Source of the DNA: Minutocellus sp. GHC0000111
Taxonomy: Eukaryota
Assembly (NCBI GenBank): GCA_977018835.1
Contig: OZ361256.1
Location: 1,240,001-1,304,000, forward strand
Direction of reading: 5' to 3'
DNA length: 64,000 nucleotides
In this document: positions 46,715-58,699 of the stretch, piece by piece
Layout of the letters: each line of letters opens with the position of its first letter
How positions within the stretch are numbered: position 1 is the first letter of the stretch
Notes under the pieces: generated by a model
Database searches by the model: none
Seen by the model: only the letters and a program-made list of their open reading frames with translations
Told to the model about the DNA's origin: nothing
Position numbers and translations under genes: made by a program

Positions 46715-48379
46715 ATGGCGTCGCCGCCCAGCCATGCGCTGAACGTGGCATTCGCAATCGTCCCGAAGATACCCTCGGTCCTTTCCATATTGGGATCGTC
46801 GCTCATCATCTACGATGCGGCATACCGTCAGCTTCGGCTGCAGGATCAGCCCTGGAGGGGATTGGTTCCGATGCTAATGGACTGTCTGCAAAGGAGGCGG
46901 TCGGGGCTGGGGGGTGGCGTCGGCGGATCAGCAGCAGCGGCACAGACAGCGGGGGTTGGAAGCAGCCGCAACAGCAGCACCAACAAGGCCAGCCGGAAGG
47001 GGAGCTACGTCGCCCCGGCCAACGTGAGGTATCACACCTACCACCGCCTCCTGCTGTCCATGTCGATCTTTGACGTCCTGTCGTCGTGTGCGCTGTTCAT
47101 GTCCACCTGGCCCATCCCGGCCGATACCCCTTCCAAAATTGTGTATGGGGCCGTCGGCAATCAGGCGACGTGTTCGGCTCAGGGATTCTTCGTCCAGTTT
47201 TCCATGGGGACGGTCCTGTACAATGCCACGCTGAGTGTGTTCTATCTGCTGTCCATCCGGTTCCGATGGTCCCCTCAGAGAGTGGCCAAGAAGGCCGAGC
47301 CATGGCTGCACGCTGTGCCAGTATTGTTCGCTCTGGGGACTGCCATCGCCGGCGTACCGCTGGGACTGTACAACTACGCGCGCTTCATGTGTTACATCGT
47401 TGCCAAGCCATTCAAGTGCCAGGAAACCTGGAAGTTCGGGGACGACCCCGAGAAGCCCTGCCAGAGGGGCGATAACGCAACCGTGTACAACTGGGCCTTC
47501 AACATCCTGCCCAAGGCGGCGGTCCTCATTGTTGTTACGTTGATCATGTGGCTGTGTCACCGACACGTCCTCCGTCTCGAGCGACGATTTACCAAAGGCG
47601 CCTCGTCGGACTCCAGTGTGAATCGCAGATCCTCACAATCGTCACGACGGAGCAGGGAGTATGATGATGAGGACGAGGATAACGAGGACCAGCGAAATAT
47701 CGAAGACGAATTCCAAGACGACGAGGCGGCGCGGCCCGCCGGTAACACCGGCAAGGGCAAGAAGGGTGCGTCGATGAGCAAACGGATCGCCCGACAGTCC
47801 TTCCTCTACGTTGGTGCTCTGTACCTAACGCTGCTGCCGGGCATCGTCAACCGTCTCACCGAGCTCATCGCAGGGAAGCGCTTCGCCGCGGTGGCCATGA
47901 CAATAGCACTGCTCATGCCAGCACAGGGATTCTGGAATTGCTTCATTTACTTCCGACCGAGGTATCTGCAGGTCAAACGGAGACAAAGACGAAGCAGAGA
48001 AAAGGAGGAACGAGAACGGATAGTCCAACCCATGAGGGCCGAGAATGGAGATGTACATGGTGGGCAGCATCCTGGGCAGCCGCCAGAGGCGTTGCCTCCA
48101 ACCCACACTACTACTAGCGGTGCGGCGGCAGTAATTCAGGCCGTGAGTGCTGCTCTCTTTGATAACGATCTCGACACAGACGATGCTCAAGACGACGAAG
48201 AGGAACAACGTAAATATGAAGACCAAGCGCGAGTGGGAGATGTAAAATTCAAATCCGAAAATCCCGCCACAGTAGAACTAGACCAGGGATGCCATGATGG
48301 CTCAACCCGACCAAACAAAAGCGAGGCGGACGTAGGCTTGGAGACGACCAACATGGATCTACCAGGAATCGATAGATAA
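46715..48379 (+). CDS. 7TM GPCR-like receptor (cAMP-receptor/Git3-like)
   Basis: LSILGSSLII, YHRLLLSMSIFD, TCSAQGFFVQ, YNATLSVFYLL, QSFLYV, PAQGFWNCFIYFRPR. Confidence 0.85.
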   Translation: MASPPSHALNVAFAIVPKIPSVLSILGSSLIIYDAAYRQLRLQDQPWRGLVPMLMDCLQRRRSGLGGGVGGSAAAAQTAGVGSSRNSSTNKASRKGSYVAPANVRYHTYHRLLLSMSIFDVLSSCALFMSTWPIPADTPSKIVYGAVGNQATCSAQGFFVQFSMGTVLYNATLSVFYLLSIRFRWSPQRVAKKAEPWLHAVPVLFALGTAIAGVPLGLYNYARFMCYIVAKPFKCQETWKFGDDPEKPCQRGDNATVYNWAFNILPKAAVLIVVTLIMWLCHRHVLRLERRFTKGASSDSSVNRRSSQSSRRSREYDDEDEDNEDQRNIEDEFQDDEAARPAGNTGKGKKGASMSKRIARQSFLYVGALYLTLLPGIVNRLTELIAGKRFAAVAMTIALLMPAQGFWNCFIYFRPRYLQVKRRQRRSREKEERERIVQPMRAENGDVHGGQHPGQPPEALPPTHTTTSGAAAVIQAVSAALFDNDLDTDDAQDDEEEQRKYEDQARVGDVKFKSENPATVELDQGCHDGSTRPNKSEADVGLETTNMDLPGIDR

Positions 48380-48967
48380 CGTTTGTGTTTTTCATCTTTA
48401 TATAGATGCATATTACCTATGCTTTGATGAGGACTCAGTCGCTTGAATCCACCAATGGTTTTTGTGTTTTACACTCTGCCTGAGTTGTGCGGGTACACGT
48501 TAGGGTGAGTTAGGCTAGCAAGCTAGGATTCCTCGGCGGTAAGAGGTGAGGGATATTTGTTGAACCTGTGCCCAAATGTATCGGCACTCTCGTGTAGGCC
48601 TACATGGTATCTATTTGTTGGAGGTAGGAGATCGCGCACCTTGGCTTGAAGAAGTAACGGCTAGTTGCCATTCCACAAGATGATGGAGTGACACTCAACC
48701 TCAGCGCCTCTTAATCCAGAAGTGAAGTAGAATAAGACAAACACTTGTATATACTAGCTAGAGATAAAATAGGAAACTGGAAAAATTGTCTATAAAGTGC
48801 TTAGAAGGCTACGTTCCCCTACCGTTTGTCCGCTATTATCAGCGTGATTAGTCAAAGTTCAGGCGCGTTACACGCAGTGCTTCCAACAAATAATGGTGAA
48901 TGTCGTGATGATATTCATAAGATACATGTGCTTTTTCTTCTATGATATTTGGAAATACTCACAGTGC

Positions 48968-49522
48968 TTATGGCTTCCAGCCACCACCAATCTTGTTGAG
49001 TGTTACTTCGAAAGCTTCACAAGCGTCATCTTCGTCAGGGTCGTCACCACCATCGCGTACATCGACGCATGCAGTAATGGCCTTGGTGGTTGCGCTTTGT
49101 GTCAATTTGAGAGGAAGAGCAGTGTCGACAACACGATTTCCTGGAGGGTTGGGACAGGTGACATCAAGTGTACAAACATTCTCTGTCGAGCAAGATGCCT
49201 GGTCGAACTGTCCGTATTGGCCACCGTTGATCTTGCCAGTGAGGATGGTCTTGGTACCGTCGCATGCAGCGTGGTACGATACGACGATGGTGATCTCGCA
49301 GTTGCGGCCCATGAAGCCGCTGCCATCGGCGCAGTTGAGCTCGGTGTTGTGGATGGCACCAGTAGCAGGGTCGACACCCTCCCAAAGTCCGTCGAACTCA
49401 AGAAAGTGGCAGACGGGGTCAGATCCGCCGAGACGACGGACGCTGGTATTCTTCTTCTCAGCGGCGAGGGCAGGAGAGGCGGCAGCGAGAGCGCAAAGGA
49501 TAGTGGCAGTGGCAAGCTTCAT
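48968..49522 (-). CDS. Small secreted Cys-containing protein
   Basis: Signal peptide MKLATATILCALAAASPALA, diatom-type RRL propeptide site, several Cys. Confidence 0.7.
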   Translation of the reverse strand: MKLATATILCALAAASPALAAEKKNTSVRRLGGSDPVCHFLEFDGLWEGVDPATGAIHNTELNCADGSGFMGRNCEITIVVSYHAACDGTKTILTGKINGGQYGQFDQASCSTENVCTLDVTCPNPPGNRVVDTALPLKLTQSATTKAITACVDVRDGGDDPDEDDACEAFEVTLNKIGGGWKP

Positions 49523-50121
49523 GATTGTTGGTGGATACGGTTGGTGTTTGGTGATGCAGTTCGAGCTTTGATGAGCTGAAATTTTGAGATATGCTGGACC
49601 TGGTGGGGAAAAGTGAGGTGAATGCGCAGTAGTGCGAAGAGATTTTGTTGTCGCAGCAGGTGCGCCACTGATTCATGGCGGTGAGATACGGCATCACCGT
49701 GCACCCAAGGAGGTCCAGCATGTGAGTTTGGCGCACTGGTGAGTTTTTTGTCCGATGGACACTTTCTTCCAAGGGGGCAAATATTAGGGGATACCCGGAT
49801 ATGGCCGACGCAGAAAATGCTCTCGTACAAAAACTATTTAGGAGTCTCCCTGAAATGGAATTTCTTAAATCCCTTGTATTCTTCGCATGCGCCATCCGAG
49901 AAAGCCACCGAAAAATTGCGGTGCACCTACCAGGAATGAATTTCTACTCACTCCATCGCGCCCGGTGCAGTCCTGCATAAGGAGCCCTTTGAATCGATTG
50001 AATCTTTTTCCTAGAGGAAAGATTCAGAAGTCTTCGAATAATATCAATTCGGCCCGAACGCAGATTTGCAGATTATTAAAAAAATGTAGATATCTAGTAA
50101 TGTAGATCTCTAGTCTGTTAC

Positions 50122-50262
50122 AGAGTGATTCCACGAGACCGCCGACAAAATCGCCGTAAATAGTAAGGCACTAGGAAATTTTTTGTGCGATACTTTATGC
50201 AGCGCAAAAATGAACCCACTAAATGGCCTCTCTCAACACGGCGAAAGCAAGGAGAATTCATC
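50122..50262 (+). repeat. 141-bp transposon end, inverted copy of 53960-54100
   Basis: agagtgattccacgagacc...ggagaattcatc is the reverse complement of 53960-54100; no mismatch seen by eye. Confidence 0.92.
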
Positions 50263-51089
50263 GTTGGCAAGGTCATCAACCTCACAGTAAGCAGAAGTGT
50301 CGGTAGCTTGCCAACTTGGTCCACTTGGCTGGATGATTGGAAGGGCACCGATGCCGCTAGGGTCAATGTTGTGAGCAGTGAAGACAGGGGCGCTGCATTT
50401 ACCGTGGAGAGACAGGAGACCATTGCATCCGTCAAGAACGCCAACGAGGTGGTAAGGGAGCAGATAGCGAATAACAAATAGTCTAGAGTCTAGCTAGTAG
50501 GATTCCTACTAGAGTAGATCTAGCTGATAATAATGAAGTCAATTCCTTCCGGGCACTGGTACATGTTGCTGGCCAGCCAAATACCGTATGATGATGGATG
50601 CATTGCCACAAAGAGCAGGTATTTGGTATCTTGCACATGCCACGTGGAGGGTGTTGCTTGACTACACCATTCCTGCCCCGAGGCCTGCTCCTTCGGCCCT
50701 CCACGATAATACTACCGGTAGCTACCATTGGTTGATTGATATGTTCAGTTTGTTCTCTATTCGTTACAGTAATAATTCCGTTCTCTTCTCATCCCACATT
50801 CATCATCAAAAGTTTCGGCCAGGCAGCCATTTGCCTGACGCCCCACTCCTTTCTTCAAGAAAAGGGAAGAACCAGCTCCAAGTCCATTGATTTGCAATCT
50901 CCGGTCTCAAAAAGTGGTCCATCGTTCCGACAATTCGAGTGGGTAGAGAGAGAGGGGGGGTCCCGGGGGTTCGAGGTTTGTGCTATGGCCGCATCCATCC
51001 ATCTGTGCGTGTTTGGGAAAACCGAAACAAAACATACATTTCATTTCCATCCCCCTGCCACATATATGCACTGCCGCGTTTGCTTGCGC

Positions 51090-52199
51090 TTAGATCTTGT
51101 CGATCTTGGAGAACTGTCCCCCGCCGGTGACCTGGCGGATCTTGTCCTCCTGCGACTTGGCCGCCGCGTCGGGACTGCCGCCCGTCATCATGGTGGCCAT
51201 CATGTTCTTGTACGAGGCCTTCTTCTTCTTTTTCTTCTTCTTTTTCTTCTTCTTGGGTGCCTCCTCGGAAGAAGCGGCGGCGGCAGCAGTGGGAGCCTCC
51301 TCCGGCTTGGGAGCAGCGAGCTCGGGAGCGGCAGGAGCGGGGGTCTCGTCCACCTCCATGGGGGCCGGTTCGGCGGGGGCCGCGGAAACCGCAGGGGCCG
51401 CCGGAGCGGGGGCAGGGGACGCTACCGAGGCTGCCGGAGCGGCAGCGGCGGTAGTACTGGAGGCGCTGTTGTTGGTAGTATTGTTGTTGGCGCTGCCACC
51501 CTCCCGGGCGAGCAGGTCCTTGTAGCACTTGGAGCAGCAGTCACCGGTGGCGTTGCTTCCCTGTAATAGTAATATTGGTGGAGAAAGCAAGATATATTCG
51601 TGAGAATTTCGGGCATTTATGGCGAAAATGAAGGGAGAATAAAGCGAGCCACCGTCAGCCACGATCCGTGTCCGAATATGATCGAAATGCACCCCTCCAA
51701 GTCAGTGGGACGGAGGAGGTAGAAGGGCCATGACCCTCGGCTGTCTTCACCAACCCCAGCCAGCTCGAGAGGGACGCACGATCCGTGAGTACGAACTATC
51801 GGATCGGAAACTGCGTACGTAGAAAAACTACTGCCCCCCTCAGAGGCGTCTTGTGTGTGGCTGAATTCGACCGATTGAATTTGGAAATGGCAATTCCAGT
51901 ACCTCCATGGCCTCCCTCTGTGTGTTTGCTGCCAGCGCTCGCGATGGCAGGGGCATCGTCGGCCGGTAGATACACGGGGAAGACCATGGAAGGCTTCGGA
52001 ATTTCCAGGCCTCGTACGTGGAGTTGTGACACGGCGGGGGGAAGAAAAAACGGTCCTGTCTGACACCCGATTCGGCGACTCGACCTGCGATCAATCCGGA
52101 GGCGGCAAGGCAACAACGAATACTTACGAAGAATCCGCACCCCATCTTGCAGAGGGTGGGGGAGGTTGGTTGGGCGGTGCTCTCGTCTTGGGCGGACAT
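51090..52199 (-). CDS. A20-type zinc finger protein; exons 52199-52128 and 51560-51090, intron 51561-52127
   Basis: Splicing gives PTLCKMGCGFFGSNATGDCCSKCYKD (zf-A20), then an Ala/Pro linker and poly-Lys; no AN1 finger. Confidence 0.88.
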
Positions 52200-52600
52200 G
52201 GTATTGGTATCGGCGTCTTGGGTCGGTCTGGCTCTTGGTACAGACACAGTTTTTGGAAATGTGACTTCGCGACGCGCGGCGAATGAAAATTCTCAGTTAT
52301 GGAACCCGGACATTTCTCCGGTGAGTGATGAGGTACGACTAGGGTCGACGATGCAAATTGACCGACGACTTATTCGACTCAAAACGACTGCTCAGAGCAA
52401 GAAAAGTCAATAGGCCCAGACAGGAGAGAGAGAGAGAGAGAGAGAGAGCTGGCCAAAGGAACGGGCCTACTAGTACATGTACCGGTGAGATAGATGTAGG
52501 GCCAGGGTACACTACGACATTCGAGTACCAAAATTCCTACGGCCAATTTCATGTAGGATTCCTACTGGCACATGTTATAATGTTGGAATCCCTAGCTAGA

Positions 52601-54099
52601 GAGTGATTTCACGAGAGAGCAGACACCCCCTCCGCGATGTTTCGTAAACATTGTACCAACTTCCTTTTATTGATGATCCTTACTCAGAAGGGTATTGTAG
52701 ACCATAATCAACAATAAAAGGAAGTTGGTACAATGATCTTGGTGCTCTTTTAGCACATGATATAGATACGGTATTAGAGTGTTTCTTTTGGTACACTATT
52801 GTTTGAAAATTTATTTTTTATGTCGTAGAATACACTTGTGCTGTTTCAAGAAAGAAAAAATACATCAAACTTTATAACGAAACAAAACCCATTTCGTTCA
52901 ACGAATGGGGCCACAACATGTGTCGCCGACGTGCCTCCCATTGAGAACAATCAAGACTACGGGGCACCATACCCTTGTAATAGCCTTTCACAACACTGTG
53001 GTGCAGCAGGAGACTTGCAATTACTTTTTTGAGCCTTGAAAAATTCGTTCGCGTTAGACCCGATTTTTTCGACAGTTTCCGACGTTCCATCACGACCATG
53101 TTCGCCCGATGTACAGCACCACCCCGGCCATCGCATACACTCTGACCACCTAGATGCCTTCCTGAATATTACTGGAAGGGATTTTTGGGCGATAGCGGTG
53201 CGGCGGTGCGTGCCTGTACCGCGAAATGTGGCCCAGCGCCATTACCACCCCCATTACACCACCCATCCGAAAGTTGGTCCGGATGCTTTTATGCGGTCCA
53301 TGCACCACTTCCGTTGCACTGAGCCGTCGACGCTTCACCCATATATATACCAAGCGCATTTGAGTGGGGGGTGGTGGCATTTCTTGACAATTCATAGAGA
53401 AAACTATTCCCAAAGTCCCGTGTCTGATGTCGGCACCAGATTTCACCTTCATTGCTTCTGCCGCCCGAGAGGAACGAAACCGGAGAAAGCGGCCAAACCA
53501 ACACGTGAGATCGATGGATGTAATATAGAATGAGCATCGTGCGTGCTGATATTGCGTGAAGGAACAGTGGTTGAGGCTTGAAGGGGGTTGTAGTTGGGGA
53601 TTTGCTACTTTCAGATGTTTTTGCTTTCCATGGTGACGGCCACAATGATACAAAGATGGGGCCCAATATCGACCCTCTGGCGCAAACTTGCTCCCAATAT
53701 TACCCAAGTGAAAGTAATGCCGGTCAGGGAGGATTGAAATGGATGTAGACAAGCATCAGCCATCATTCTTTGCCATTTTGAGGGTAAAAGAATATTGAAA
53801 ATTTCTGGGCATGAGGAGATGTTGCTAAAATAGCACATGATGTATGAATGAGTTTGCTTTCAAGTATGCAATACTCACCTAACGCATGTAGTTGGCGTAT
53901 ACATCGGTTGGCTTGGAGTTATTTATCGTTATACCATCATTTGGTGGCCTTCTTGTGGAGATGAATTCTCCTTGCTTTCGCCGTGTTGAGAGAGGCCATT
54001 TAGTGGGTTCATTTTTGCGCTGCATAAAGTATCGCACAAAAAATTTCCTAGTGCCTTACTATTTACGGCGATTTTGTCGGCGGTCTCGTGGAATCACTC
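52601..54099 (-). mobile_element. Non-autonomous TIR DNA transposon (Sola-like) with 4-bp TAGA target duplication
   Basis: Ends GAGTGATTTCACGAGA / TCTCGTGGAATCACTC, TAGA on both flanks (52597-52600, 54100-54103); decayed minus-strand GNGAGPHF...GGQSVCDGRGGAV near 53110-53250. Confidence 0.65.
52649..52735. repeat. 29-bp inverted repeat (1 mismatch) with 29-bp spacer
   Basis: cattgtaccaacttccttttattgatgat ... atcaacaataaaaggaagttggtacaatg. Confidence 0.9.
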
Positions 54100-54444
54100 T
54101 AGAGAGCCACCATCCACACAGTAGGAGGCCATGGGCCGACTCGTATCCACATGTGCATGTACTACACGTATCTTCCAGAATCTAAGAGACGAAGCGAATG
54201 AATCGAATCATCTTCTTCTGCTGCACGCAAGACTTGCAATACATGTATGACTATTTTACTGCATAAACGTATTTCAAGTCGACATGTAGATCTATTTTCC
54301 GTCGACGAATCTTTCTTCTACTAGGAAGATCTATCGGTAGACTACATCGCATGTGAACATGAGTAGATCTAGATTACAATTTAAATTTTTTTCGTGCATA
54401 TTGCAGCATCTAGATATATCTAACCGTACCGGTACATTTGTCAA

Positions 54445-55494
54445 TCAATAGGGTGCTCGATAGTATACTGGAGCCCCTCGCTCCATCTTGCCAAGATGTG
54501 TGGCCTCATCTTGTCGCTTTTGCGAATGACCGCGGTACTGTTGGATTGCCATGCCAACAATCAATAACAGCAAAACAGCAGCAACGCCAATCGATGAGTA
54601 TTGTATCGTGGCGATTTGTTTGTCCGAGTAAGCCTCGACGATGTCAATTTGCGGATTACCCAGCTCGACATAAATGCCGACCAAGGCCCAAACCAACACA
54701 GAAGGCATTGTGATGTAATTCCACTTGATCAACCAGACCAGGGCCAGCACAAAAATGAACACAACGCTGCCAACGGCTGCACCGAAGAGCCCCGAACTCG
54801 GTACCTCCTGAAAGACCATTAGAACGTTCGTATTCAGAACGGCCGCGGCAGTAATCCACCCGAGGTGCAGATGGAAGGGCAGTCTGTCCAAGGCATAGTC
54901 CTTTGCTTTGGTCAAATTAGAATCCTGCCGGTTGTAGGTGAGTGTGTCCAAATTCTGCACCGTACAGAGCAGATTGATCCAAATAATGAGCATGATAAGA
55001 AAGGCAATAATAATGGCTTCCAAACCAAAATTGACCGTCCAAGCCGCCTGGCATATAACCGTAGTCAAGTATCGGTATCCTACGGCCTTGACGGCCTTCT
55101 CCCCAGTGCTGTCCCCGCCTGCCTTGATGAGAAACTGCCGTCCCACCCATGCGGCCTGGGAAGCAAAGATGAACGACCAAATTACTGCAAAGGACCAGCC
55201 CGCAGGAGTCACCAACGTCTGATACTTTGACGAGACGTCGGCATTCGTTTCCAGTTCAACGCCAAAGACACCCCTCGAGCCGATCATCCCAATTCCGTAG
55301 GTGACGGCAACATTGACAAGGTACGTGACGAGGTTGACCCAGCGGAGAAACTTGAGGCTGGAAAGAAGGTCAATCCATTTCCTGTTGGCACTGCCGGAAT
55401 CGTCGGCGGCCGGGGATGCCTCGAGGTCTTGTTCGAGGGCTGATTTGTTCCGTGGCGTCCAGCCCTCGGCTCCACCTCGGTAGGAGTAGGACAT
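54445..55494 (-). CDS. Multi-pass membrane protein, TspO/tryptophan-rich sensory protein-like
   Basis: TNADVSSKYQTLVTPAGWSFAVIW, QAAWT, LPFHLHLGWITAA, VLVWALVGI; about 8 TM segments. Confidence 0.75.
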   Translation of the reverse strand: MSYSYRGGAEGWTPRNKSALEQDLEASPAADDSGSANRKWIDLLSSLKFLRWVNLVTYLVNVAVTYGIGMIGSRGVFGVELETNADVSSKYQTLVTPAGWSFAVIWSFIFASQAAWVGRQFLIKAGGDSTGEKAVKAVGYRYLTTVICQAAWTVNFGLEAIIIAFLIMLIIWINLLCTVQNLDTLTYNRQDSNLTKAKDYALDRLPFHLHLGWITAAAVLNTNVLMVFQEVPSSGLFGAAVGSVVFIFVLALVWLIKWNYITMPSVLVWALVGIYVELGNPQIDIVEAYSDKQIATIQYSSIGVAAVLLLLIVGMAIQQYRGHSQKRQDEATHLGKMERGAPVYYRAPY

Positions 55495-56157
55495 GGTTGG
55501 GTAGCAGCGAAAGACTTGTGCAGTCAAAAAAAGATGCTGAGTTTGGCAACAACTGGCAGCTCCAGTGGCCGTTGCACAGAGGGTCGTGTTTCTTTTGTGG
55601 TCAAAAATTTTCAAGGAGCGTGCAGCATGGCAGCAGCAAAGTCAATTAATCCCCAGGCAGGACACGTTCGACTGGACAGCGACTGCGAACCCTAACTGCG
55701 AACCATACACGTGACGCTTTGGTGTCATCTGCCGCCATCCTCGCAGGCCGAGGAATGCTCCCCAGCCTGCAACGGCTCTTGCTTTATACCACAGGTCCTG
55801 AAATTTTTTCCGTGGGAATGAAAAGCCAGCGATGTAGGCGATCCATGGTGTAGGCCGAAAAGCCCGGGCGGTGACAAGGTGTCATGTGGGATCGTAGCCG
55901 CCTTGTTGACAATGGGTCTCATAAAACGAACGAATTGAATTGAATAGCAAACGATAAACGAATACACTCAAACAGCTCAAACAAAGTCAAGGTGAGTGGG
56001 CAAGTATCTATGTTTGCGTTCATCATTGTAACAAGTGTTGCTATTGTCTTTGCTCAGTTGCACAGTCTGACCGATCGCCGATCGTATTCATTGACACTGT
56101 TTCCTTCTGTTGAATAAGTACACCGTAGTCAAGTCCCACGAAAAGCACCATCAAAAA

Positions 56158-57010
56158 ATGAAGTTTCCCATAATTCTTTTCCTTACCTTAGCTGGTGTTG
56201 CCCTCGGCCAATGCACATTCGAAAAAGACGCCGATGGTTGCACAGTGAAGAAGTGCCCGGGTCAACCGGATTACAAGTATGATTGCCCCACCCCGAAGCC
56301 TAGGAAGGACAGCAAGATGATCTCGAAAGACCAGTCCTTCGATGATCTCTACGACAAGGATTGCGAGTGGAAGGTCAGATGGGTGAGCGGCAAGGGATGC
56401 TGGAAGTGGAAGGAGTGTGATGGCAAGTGGGTCGAAGGAGAGAAGAAGCAGATCGAGGACAAGTACTGCGAGAAGGAATCAAAGTCGTCCGACGAATGCT
56501 ACTACGTCGACTCGGACGACTACCGTATCGATTCGTCGAGCGAGGATGATTGCAAAGGTGATTGCCGCTATAGGTGCGACTACAAGAACAAGGGATCCTA
56601 CTGTGAAGACAAATGTTACAGCAGATGCAAGCGTGATCATGACTGCTACGATCTCGATGACGACGACGATGATGACGACGACTGCTGGTATCTCAAGAAG
56701 TCGTGCTGCAAATGCTGGGGCCGCTGTGTGAAGAAGAAGGGCAACAGGACCGCCGAGAAGAAGTGCATCAGGAAACAGTGCAAGGGCAAGGTAAGTCTGT
56801 TTTGTTGTTACATGTATTGGCGTATATCGTACTTGTGTTTCACATCCAGACGAACTCAACTTACTTATTTACTTACTTTTTCTCCCCCAATCATCATTCT
56901 CTAATTTCGTGAATTAGTGCAAGGATGCCGCCGAGGAGTGTTCCGGATACAAGAGGAGCACTTGGAAAAAGCTCGGTGAAAAGAAATGTGACCGTGGATT
57001 CAAGTGGTAG
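56158..57010 (+). CDS. Secreted Cys/Lys/Asp-rich protein; intron 56791-56917
   Basis: Signal MKFPIILFLTLAGVALG-Q, many Cys, poly-Asp; GTAAGT..TAG intron continues CKDAAEECSG..GFKW*. Confidence 0.75.
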
Positions 57011-57883
57011 AACCAACGCCGTTATGTGGTGGTTGCTCATAGTAGAAGTTTCGTCCGAACACACACTGAATTGAAATGAATTGAACCGAATTGAAATGTG
57101 ATTATGTCTGCATATGCGATGGGACGGAGAAAGAGCAGCAGAGTCGCCTTGACGATATTTTTAGATTAGAATTTAAGAGAAATGATTTGATGGGAGAAGA
57201 GAATTCAATGGCGGGGCGGGTTTCCTTTGAAGACTTGCAAAAATGAAATTCTGCAAATTTGAGCTTTTAGTCAGTGCCGGGAGATAAGGTAAAAAATATC
57301 TCTGCTGCAAGAATTAGATCTACTACAATAACGGAAGGGTATCGCTATAGATGTACTCATGCAATTCTATGAAGCACATGTCGCGTTGAGGTACTACATG
57401 TATAACAATTTTCTACATAGTCGTTTTATCATGTTGACATACTCAGGCGTTGGAAAGTGGAGAAAGTAGGTTAGAACAAGCAAAACCAGCCGCAAATAAT
57501 TACTCATAGCGCCGTTCAGGTACTACATATACATGTAAGTAAGACGGGGACATCGAATGAATTCTCTCGTGGCCGGTGCTCTGGCGCTGGTGGCTCTGCT
57601 GAGTTCTGATAGCGCGGTTCGCCATCTGCTGCTTATGACTGCGAGCCGCCCGATGGCGCGCGCAACTTCGCAAACTGCGCGCTCGGTGGCGAATGCTGCG
57701 AATGAGGCCGAAAGCCTACTACTATCTACGCCGCTAGCTCTAGCTAGCTAGGCACAAACCATAAAGTCGCCAGTACTAATATCTTTCCAATACGATCGTC
57801 AGCACGAGAGGCGACTAACTTTCGAACTTTCGCTTTCATCATCGTGCGTCCTTCTCACTGGAAGTCAGCCGCCGACCGACGCC

Positions 57884-58699
57884 ATGCCGACACCACGAAT
57901 TCCGGTGGTCTTTTACCTCCCCAACCTGCTCGGTTATGCACGAATCGTCCTCGCGTTTGTCGGGTTGCATTATGCAATCGCATCGCTGCCTGCTATATTT
58001 TGAAGCGAGAGGAACGATTTCGGCGTCGATAGCGCGCCCTCACCTGACCTGTGCATATGGCTGTGGATTCTCTCGGCCTTTCTTGACCTATTTGATGGAT
58101 TGGCAGCAAGGAGGCTCAATCAGTGCTCCAAGTTTGGCGTAATATTGGACATATTGGCGGACAACATTTTGAGAACAGTTACATGGATTGCCACTGATAT
58201 GATTGCAGTGCTGTCGGAGGTCCGTGAGATGGACGAATCCCATGCAGACGCCGGTGGGAAGAGCAAGCAAATAATAAAGTGGAAGTCGGCGGCAACAATT
58301 GTGACTTTGGCCTGTGGTATAATATGCCTCGAATGGGTGACGATGCTTTGCACTCAGTTGAAATCAGCAGAAGATGGAAAACATTGGAAAGCACAAAATG
58401 GATCCAAAGAGGGAGCTACATGTGCAAGCAAACGAGAAGAACCACCCAAGTTGGTATCGACAATTTTCCGAAATAATTTTCGGTCTCCCCTTGGTGTTCT
58501 CTCCATCTATGGATTGTTCTCATGCGGATTGTGGACATATGGCTCGTATATAGTGCAAATAAAGGAGGCAATACCGTACTTTCAGTGGTGGTGGGCTTTG
58601 GCAGTACTGGGAAGATTACTGTCCATACGGGTTGAGTTATGGTTGTGCTTGCGATATCTTAGGTTGATACTCGCAGAAGATGAGGTTAAGAGAACGTAA
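57884..58699 (+). pseudogene. CDP-alcohol phosphatidyltransferase (PI synthase-like) with in-frame TGA at 58001-58003
   Basis: VVFYLPNLLGYARIVL at the N-terminus, LDLFDGLAARRLNQCSKFGVILDILAD signature, HWK; same frame on both sides of the TGA. Confidence 0.8.

Noticed and set aside
53892..54185. ORFs sharing MNSPCFRRVERGH.. (also 50118-50477)
   Set aside because: They are translations of the non-coding inverted repeat.
57066..57098. (TGAAT/TGAAA)n short repeat, and (GA)n at ~9770 and ~52425
   Set aside because: Ordinary microsatellites with no repeat-spacer structure; not CRISPR.
58001..58003. TGA in the PI-synthase-like gene as Sec or readthrough
   Set aside because: It lies in a variable loop rather than at a conserved Cys, and I saw no SECIS-like hairpin downstream.
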